Source: a virus (Duplodnaviria > Caudoviricetes). From it: a stretch of DNA of 31,582 nt. The translations under genes and the position numbers were made by a program. The stretch covers positions 1 to 31,582 of the IMG/VR virus record IMGVR_UViG_3300032305_001731; one strand, written 5' to 3'. How positions within the stretch are numbered: position 1 is the stretch's first letter; each line of letters opens with the position of its first letter. Of this stretch, positions 26,407 through 31,582 are shown piece by piece. The notes under the pieces are model-generated. The model had not been told where the DNA came from. It saw only the letters and a list, made by a program, of their open reading frames with translations, and did no database searches.

Positions 26407-26942
26407 GTGAACGTCAACCCGTGTCCCTAAAACTGCGCTTTGACGTGTTCAAGCGCGATGGGTTCATCTGCCAATACTGCGGCGCGCATCCGCCGGCTGT
26501 TGTGCTGGAATGCGACCACATCACGCCCGTGGCCTTTGGTGGCGGCAGTGAAATTGAAAACCTAGTTACCGCCTGCTTTGAGTGCAATCGGGGCAAGGGT
26601 GCTGGCAGCCTGTATGTGGCGCCTCAGTCGCTTGCCGATAAAGCGGCGGAAGTGAGCGAGCGTGAGGCGCAGTTGCGCGGCTACGCCGAGGTGATGGAGG
26701 CCCGGCGCCTGCGCATTGAGGAGGAGGCGTGGCGTGTGTTGGCGCTGCTTTATCCCGGCCAGGATACGGTGCCGCGTGATTCACTCCTCAGCGTCAAGCG
26801 GTTCATTGAGAAACTGGGGTTCCATGGCGTCCTTCATGCGGCGGAAATTGCATGTGGTGGCCCTGCCTATGGCAGCCGCGTGTTCAAGTATTTTTGCGGA
26901 GTTTGCTGGGGGAAACTTAGGGATGCGGAGGCTTGCGAATGA
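26403..26942 (+). CDS. HNH endonuclease (McrA/HNH_5-like)
   Basis: RF.VFKRDGF.CQYCG...L..DHI.P...GG....NLVTAC..CN.GK. Confidence 0.85.
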   Translation: MSERQPVSLKLRFDVFKRDGFICQYCGAHPPAVVLECDHITPVAFGGGSEIENLVTACFECNRGKGAGSLYVAPQSLADKAAEVSEREAQLRGYAEVMEARRLRIEEEAWRVLALLYPGQDTVPRDSLLSVKRFIEKLGFHGVLHAAEIACGGPAYGSRVFKYFCGVCWGKLRDAEACE

Positions 26943-27865
26943 GCCGCCCATCGTTCCAATTTTACCCTGACAATTGGCGCAACAATTCCAACCTGCGGCG
27001 ATGCTCCTGGGCGGCGCGCGGCGTGTGGGTGGAGGTGATCTGCCTCATGCACGACAGCGACCGTTACGGCACGCTGGGCTGGACGCTGAAGGAGATTGCG
27101 CAGGCGCTGGGTTGCCCGATGGCGCTGCTCAAGGAACTGGCCGCTAAAGGCGTGCTGAAGGGCTGCGACGCGGGCGAGTGCGAGCCCATGGTCTACACCC
27201 CACGCAGCGGCCGGAAGGATGGCGAACCCATCACCCTGCTTGCCACCCAGCCGGGGCCGATCTGGTATTCTAGCCGCATGCTGCGCGACGAATACGTCAG
27301 GCAGAATGCAGGTGCGTCTTCCCGGTTTGGCGGCACCAAACAAGACACCTCGCCACCCGCTGGGGGCGCACCTGACCCTTCACCCAGCCGGCGGCGTGGT
27401 GAATATCAAAGTGACGGCTCTACATCTTCATCTCCATCTCCACCTTCAGAAGTAAAAGAACCTTCGCTTCGCTCAGGGCTTTCGCCGGCTGCGCCGACGA
27501 CGCCGGCCGGGCCAGCCTCGGCTGCTCCAGACGCCAGAACAGCGCTTTTTCGAGAGGGCTTGGATCGGGCCGTCCGGCTGACCGGGAAGCCGCCGGCTGC
27601 CTGCCGGGCGATGCTTGGCCGATGGCTGCGGGATGCCGGCGACGATGCGGCGCTGCTCGGGCTGGTGCTGGCCGAGGCCGAGGTAAGCCGCCCGGCTGAT
27701 CCCTCGGCGTGGGTTGTGGCGGCGATCCAGGCCCGTGTTGGGCTGAGACACAGCCCGCAGCGCCAGCCCGCCAACACCGGCCTACGCGCCGCAGCCCTGG
27801 CCAATTTCCAAAACGTCCGCCCGATTTTCGACCTGGAAAGTTTTGCTGAGGAGCTGCCGCAATGA
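26939..27865 (+). CDS. Putative replication initiator
   Basis: RPSFQFYP.NW......L..CS.AARG.W....C.MH N-terminus, Ser/Pro linker, helical C-domain. Confidence 0.65.
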   Translation: MSRPSFQFYPDNWRNNSNLRRCSWAARGVWVEVICLMHDSDRYGTLGWTLKEIAQALGCPMALLKELAAKGVLKGCDAGECEPMVYTPRSGRKDGEPITLLATQPGPIWYSSRMLRDEYVRQNAGASSRFGGTKQDTSPPAGGAPDPSPSRRRGEYQSDGSTSSSPSPPSEVKEPSLRSGLSPAAPTTPAGPASAAPDARTALFREGLDRAVRLTGKPPAACRAMLGRWLRDAGDDAALLGLVLAEAEVSRPADPSAWVVAAIQARVGLRHSPQRQPANTGLRAAALANFQNVRPIFDLESFAEELPQ

Positions 27866-28572
27866 ATGCCATGACCCGCCTGCCGGCCCTGTCCCAGCCC
27901 CTGGCGATGGCCGTGGATGCCGAACTACGCAGGCCAGCAGCGCACCCCGACGCAGGCCCGGCACCTGTCCAGCCCATCGCGCCGCACCTGGCCGCCGAGG
28001 CCGAGCGCATGGCCCGCGCTGCCAAGTCGGCCATGATGCCAGCCAGCGCTGACGACATCGCCGCCTGGATCGGCCCGCTCAACGCCGCATGCCGCAACCC
28101 GCAATCCGCCGGCGACATCGCAGCCTGGGCCATGGCGGTGAGCTTCGCCGCTGACCGCATCCCGCGCCAGGCGTTCGGCCCCGATGCGCTGCGCGACCTG
28201 ATGGCCAAGAGCCCATTCTTCCCGGCGGCCGCTGACGTGCTGGCGGTGGTGCAGCCCGAGGCCAACAGGCTCGCCGCCAAGCTGCGGGCCCTGCGCGCCA
28301 TCGCAAGCCGGCCGACGAGCGCGCCAGCCAAACCCGAGCCCGACGCCAAGCCGTTCACCCTAACGCCCGAGCAGCAGGCCGCGCTGGCCGCGATGAAGGC
28401 CCCCAAGCGCGCCGCTTCCGTCACAGCCGCCGCTCGCCCAGCCCATCCCGGACACCTGCTGGCCGGCTACCGCGAGCAGCTGGCACGCGGTGGGCTCATG
28501 GCCGATGCGGCGCGGATCAGGATTGCTAAGCTGGAGACGGACTTCCCGGAGCTGGCCGAGGCTGTGGGGTGA
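27862..28572 (+). CDS. Hypothetical (helicase-loader position) protein
   Basis: Follows the initiator; FFP..A motif. Confidence 0.5.
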   Translation: MNAMTRLPALSQPLAMAVDAELRRPAAHPDAGPAPVQPIAPHLAAEAERMARAAKSAMMPASADDIAAWIGPLNAACRNPQSAGDIAAWAMAVSFAADRIPRQAFGPDALRDLMAKSPFFPAAADVLAVVQPEANRLAAKLRALRAIASRPTSAPAKPEPDAKPFTLTPEQQAALAAMKAPKRAASVTAAARPAHPGHLLAGYREQLARGGLMADAARIRIAKLETDFPELAEAVG

Positions 28573-28644
28573 TGGCTGTGGGGTCGATCGTTCGTACACG
28601 AACAATCACGCGCGCGGCCTTTGGGCTGACATGAGGGTGAAAGC

Positions 28645-29142
28645 ATGAGCAAGCAGCATCGAAAGCCTACGCCGATAGAGCCCGGCATGCGCCAGGCGAT
28701 TGCGCGCGGCGCTATGCCGATTACGCTGGTGATGCGTGGCGAGCATGGGGGGCTGCAGCGTCACGCGGCCTACCGGCTGCCGGCGACGCATGGCGACCAG
28801 CATCTGATCGACCAGATGGCGGGGCATGGCGTGCTGACGGCCCAGCAGCACCAGAATGCCTCCGCGCTGCTGTATGTTTTCCGCGCGGCGGGCCTCGATC
28901 CCGCGACATCCGCGCGCTACTCCGACCGCGTGCATGGCCAGGACGCTGGGGCCGTGTGTTTTATGACGATCTACCGCGACGAGATGGCGCGCATGTCGGC
29001 CAAGCAGTCGCACCTGATCAGCAAGGTGCTGCGCGGCGAAAGTGTGGTCCTGCACGATCTGGAGCAGCTCTGCGCCGGGCTGGACAAGCTGGACGCGCTG
29101 GCCGCGCGTTATGACGTGCTGCCGTGGGCGGAGGAAGACTGA
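28645..29142 (+). CDS. Hypothetical protein, possible late-gene regulator
   Basis: GAGG SD; occupies the Q position upstream of the late leader; function is inference only. Confidence 0.5.
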   Translation: MSKQHRKPTPIEPGMRQAIARGAMPITLVMRGEHGGLQRHAAYRLPATHGDQHLIDQMAGHGVLTAQQHQNASALLYVFRAAGLDPATSARYSDRVHGQDAGAVCFMTIYRDEMARMSAKQSHLISKVLRGESVVLHDLEQLCAGLDKLDALAARYDVLPWAEED

Positions 29143-29387
29143 TGAAGTGCACGATGGTTATTGAGACGCCTGATAAAGTTGAGTTTGAAATGTATTCGCA
29201 TTTTGCCGACGAGCCTGGCGATTTTCCGACTATTACGATTTGTATTAGGCCGGCCGATGTTGTGGGTTATACCTGGGAAACCGTTATTGACTTGCGACGG
29301 CATGAAGCGCTTGCCGCTCACGCAGCGCTAGGCGTCCTCATTAAAAGCATGGACGCGGTTGGATGGAAGCAAGAAAATAGCGCTTGA
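29142..29387 (+). CDS. Hypothetical protein, lower GC
   Basis: TGATG coupling; more AT-rich than its neighbours. Confidence 0.55.
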   Translation: MKCTMVIETPDKVEFEMYSHFADEPGDFPTITICIRPADVVGYTWETVIDLRRHEALAAHAALGVLIKSMDAVGWKQENSA

Positions 29388-29436
29388 CAGGCCACGCTGC
29401 CCCGTGGCAGTGCGTTTCTCAAGTCGATTTCGCACG

Positions 29437-29467
29437 CCCGGAGCCTGAAAAGGCTGCCGGGTTTTTT
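29437..29467 (+). terminator. Rho-independent terminator
   Basis: CCCGG-AGCCT-GAAA-AGGCT-G-CCGGG followed by T6. Confidence 0.8.
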
Positions 29468-29607
29468 GCTATTCCGGCCCTTCTCCACACGCTGCTGCCC
29501 GGCGCGGCGTATCCCTCGATCCAGCGTGCAAGCGTCAAGCGGCGGGCCGGTGCATGAGGGCCGCATGGACCGAAGCCGGGCAGTTTTCAACAAATCAGGA
29601 GGCGAAC

Positions 29608-29661
29608 ATGGCCAAGAAACCCATGCCAAAGGGCGGCAAAAAGGGCGGCAAGGGCTGCTGA
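29608..29661 (+). CDS. 17-aa basic micropeptide MAKKPMPKGGKKGGKGC
   Basis: AGGAGG at 29597-29602; stop lies 1 nt before the terS ATG. Confidence 0.6.
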   Translation: MAKKPMPKGGKKGGKGC

Positions 29662-29662
29662 T

Positions 29663-30058
29663 ATGGCTGCCTCATCCACCACGCGCCGAGGTAACGGCGC
29701 CGGCTGGGGTGGCGCTGCCAAGGGCGCCGGCAAGCAAGGCGCAGGGCACGGCCAGGGCCGCCCTGACGGCGTGAAAGACGGCCAGGGCAAGCAGGCGCAG
29801 GCCCGCGCAGCCCTGGAAGACGCGCTGCCGCTGGCGGTGCAGACGGTCATCGGCATAGCCGGCGACATCACAGACCAACGCGCGCTGCAGGCCGCGAGCA
29901 ACATCATAGACCGCGTGCTTGGCAAGGTGGGCGACAAGCTGACCGTGGCCGGTGACGCGGACGCGCCGTTGGTCATTCGGCGCATCATTATTGACCCGAA
30001 GGGGCCAGATGGACATTCAGACGCCGCGAGCGTTTCAGCCGTTTCTGCGGCCGAGTAG
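29663..30058 (+). CDS. terS: Terminase small subunit
   Basis: Directly upstream of and overlapping terL; GRP.G motif and AA..I.DR..GK. Confidence 0.7.
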   Translation: MAASSTTRRGNGAGWGGAAKGAGKQGAGHGQGRPDGVKDGQGKQAQARAALEDALPLAVQTVIGIAGDITDQRALQAASNIIDRVLGKVGDKLTVAGDADAPLVIRRIIIDPKGPDGHSDAASVSAVSAAE

Positions 30059-31582
30059 GTACAAAGGGGCGTTTGGGGGCCGGGGAAGTGGCAAAAGCCA
30101 TTTCTTCGCGGAGGCGGTGGTAGAGCGCTGCATCATGCAGCCTGGCAGCCGGATAGTTTGCGTTCGTGAGGTGCAAAAGAGCCTTAAGGACAGCGTAAAG
30201 CGGCTGATCGAGGATAAAATTTCCGCTCTGGGTGTTGGTGGCCGGTTTGACGTGAAGGCCACGGAGATCGGCACGCCGGGGGGCGGGGTGATCGTGTTTC
30301 AGGGCCTGCAGGACCACACGGCCGAGAGCGTCAAGTCGCTGGAGGGGTTCAACGTGGCCTGGGCTGAGGAGGCGCAGAGCCTCTCGGCTAGGTCGATGGA
30401 GCTGCTGCGGCCGACGATCCGCGCGCCAGGCTCGGAGCTGTGGTTTTCGTGGAATCCTCGCAGTGCGGCCGATCCTGTGGACGAGCTGCTGCGCGGCATT
30501 ACGCCGCCGCCCAATGCAATTGTGCGCCAGGTCAACTACAGCGACAACCCGTTTTTCCCGGTTGAGCTTGAGGCCGAGCGCGAATATGACGAGCGGACCA
30601 AGCCGGCGCGGTATGGGCATATCTGGCTGGGCGCTTACGAGCCTGTGGCGATCGGCGCCATCTGGGATCGCCTCATGCTGCACCGTAATCGGCGCCAGGA
30701 CATGCCGGAAATGTCGCGCATCCTGGTGAGCGTGGACCCCGCGGTGTCGAACGAGGCCGGCAGCGACGAGCATGGCGTCGTGGTGGTCGGCATCGGTGCG
30801 GATGGGCGCGGCTACCTGCTGGCGGATTACAGCCTGCGCGGATCGCCCATGCAGTGGGCGGGGCGGGCCGTGGCGGCGCTGGATGAGTTCGGCGCGGACG
30901 CAATCGTGATCGAGCGCAACCAGGGCGGCGACATGTGCGCCCAGACGCTGCGCACGGTGCGGCCGCATCTGCGGATCATCGAGGTGGTGGCCACGCGCGG
31001 CAAGCATGTGCGGGCCGAGCCTATCGCGGCGCTCTACAGCCTGGACCGGATCAGCCACGTTGGGACGTTCCAGCGGCTGGAGGATCAGATGTGCGTGGCG
31101 GCCGGCACGCTGATTGAAACTGAACGAGGACAAATAACAATTGATCAGGTGACAGTTTGTGATAAAGTGCTGACAAGGAACGGCTTTGCCCCAATCAAGT
31201 GGGTGGGTCGGACTGGATCAGCAACTGAGATTGTCGAGATAGCGACATCTCAATCACGATTGAAGGTCACTGCATGTCATCCGATCTTCTTACCGCTTCG
31301 TGGCGAGTTTGTGAGTGCCGGGACTGTGCGGCATACGGACTGCCTGCTCGAAAGCCCCAATTGGGGGTGTATGGCGCGCCCATTGCGTGGCGGGGAAAGT
31401 GGTATCACAGGATGCGCGCCGGTCATTACAGGCACGCCAAGGGAAAATTACTGCACCGAGCCGTTTACGAGGCCCATATTGGGCCGCTTGCGCCGGGCCT
31501 TGACGTGCATCACCGCGATGATAACCCAGGCAATAACTTGCCTGAGAACTTGGTCGCCCTTACGCGGGCTGAGCACCACGCA
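30009..31582 (+). CDS. terL: Terminase large subunit, 5' part (continues across the junction to 493); intein-containing, 647 aa precursor, ~411 aa spliced
   Basis: Manually translated, absent from the ORF track because it runs off the end: MDIQTPRAFQPFLRPSRYKGAFGGRGSGKSH (Walker A), VAWAEEAQ (Walker B), FSWNP, nuclease motifs VSVDPAVS, IERNQGG, RGKHVRAEP, LEDQM. Confidence 0.95.
   Translation, partial: MDIQTPRAFQPFLRPSRYKGAFGGRGSGKSHFFAEAVVERCIMQPGSRIVCVREVQKSLKDSVKRLIEDKISALGVGGRFDVKATEIGTPGGGVIVFQGLQDHTAESVKSLEGFNVAWAEEAQSLSARSMELLRPTIRAPGSELWFSWNPRSAADPVDELLRGITPPPNAIVRQVNYSDNPFFPVELEAEREYDERTKPARYGHIWLGAYEPVAIGAIWDRLMLHRNRRQDMPEMSRILVSVDPAVSNEAGSDEHGVVVVGIGADGRGYLLADYSLRGSPMQWAGRAVAALDEFGADAIVIERNQGGDMCAQTLRTVRPHLRIIEVVATRGKHVRAEPIAALYSLDRISHVGTFQRLEDQMCVAAGTLIETERGQITIDQVTVCDKVLTRNGFAPIKWVGRTGSATEIVEIATSQSRLKVTACHPIFLPLRGEFVSAGTVRHTDCLLESPNWGCMARPLRGGESGITGCAPVITGTPRENYCTEPFTRPILGRLRRALTCITAMITQAITCLRTWSPLRGLSTT
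31274..31582 (+). CDS. HNH endonuclease nested in the intein, -1 frame, 5' part (continues to 294; ~159 aa)
   Basis: Frame is open from 31229; ATG at 31274 preceded by GAAGG (31262-31266); reads ...WRGKWYHRMRAGHYRHAKGKLLHRAVYEAHIGPLAPGLDVHHRDDNPGNNLPENL. Alternative starts at 31367 and 31412. Confidence 0.82.
   Translation, partial: MSSDLLTASWRVCECRDCAAYGLPARKPQLGVYGAPIAWRGKWYHRMRAGHYRHAKGKLLHRAVYEAHIGPLAPGLDVHHRDDNPGNNLPENLVALTRAEHHA
31460..31582. repeat. Terminal direct repeat, right copy
   Basis: Identical to 1-123. Confidence 0.95.

Larger units (their letters stand above)
31092..31582 (+). mobile_element. Intein in TerL, N-terminal part (236 aa total: 31092-31459 plus 1-340)
   Basis: Block A CVAAGTLIET, then DKVLTRNG, block B LKVTACHPIF (TxxH); insertion site LEDQM/CQM. 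Confidence 0.93.

Noticed and set aside
27415-27450. CATCTY x3 inside the initiator gene as origin iterons
   Set aside because: Too short, and explained by a Ser/Pro linker; an origin here is possible but not supportable
29988-31133. 381-aa minus-strand ORF
   Set aside because: Antisense shadow of terL in GC-rich DNA, with no motifs
31393-31447. Slippery heptamers GGGAAAG (31393) and GGGAAAA (31441) as a programmed -1 frameshift from TerL into the HNH
   Set aside because: Both are phased to the HNH frame (G GGA AAR), not the TerL frame, so a canonical -1 slip from TerL does not fit; independent initiation is simpler

Overview
The window is one essentially complete, circularly permuted temperate phage genome. 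Bases 31460-31582 repeat bases 1-123 exactly, giving a unit length of about 31,459 bp. It has a P22-like podovirus layout: terS-terL-portal-scaffold-coat-head/tail completion-ejection proteins-tail fibre, then lysis, attP/integrase, a recombination arm, a cI/cro switch and early-right/replication genes. The host is probably an alphaproteobacterium (inferred from GC content, gene content and the tRNA-Thr fragment at attP). The main finding is only visible when the two ends are joined. The large terminase (30009-end, continuing to 493) is interrupted by a 236-aa intein with no in-frame endonuclease. Instead, a complete ~159-aa HNH endonuclease gene with its own start and SD-like site is nested inside the intein in the -1 reading frame. 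Other notable items: a repeated GUGA-tetraloop hairpin that sits between the SD-like site and the ATG of head genes, an attP carrying the 5' half of tRNA-Thr(GGT) plus a promoter, four TTAGC-N5-GCTAA operators, a G15 tract in cI, and a late leader containing a terminator, a candidate structured RNA and a 17-aa Lys/Gly peptide. All protein calls are from motif recognition and synteny; no database search was run.
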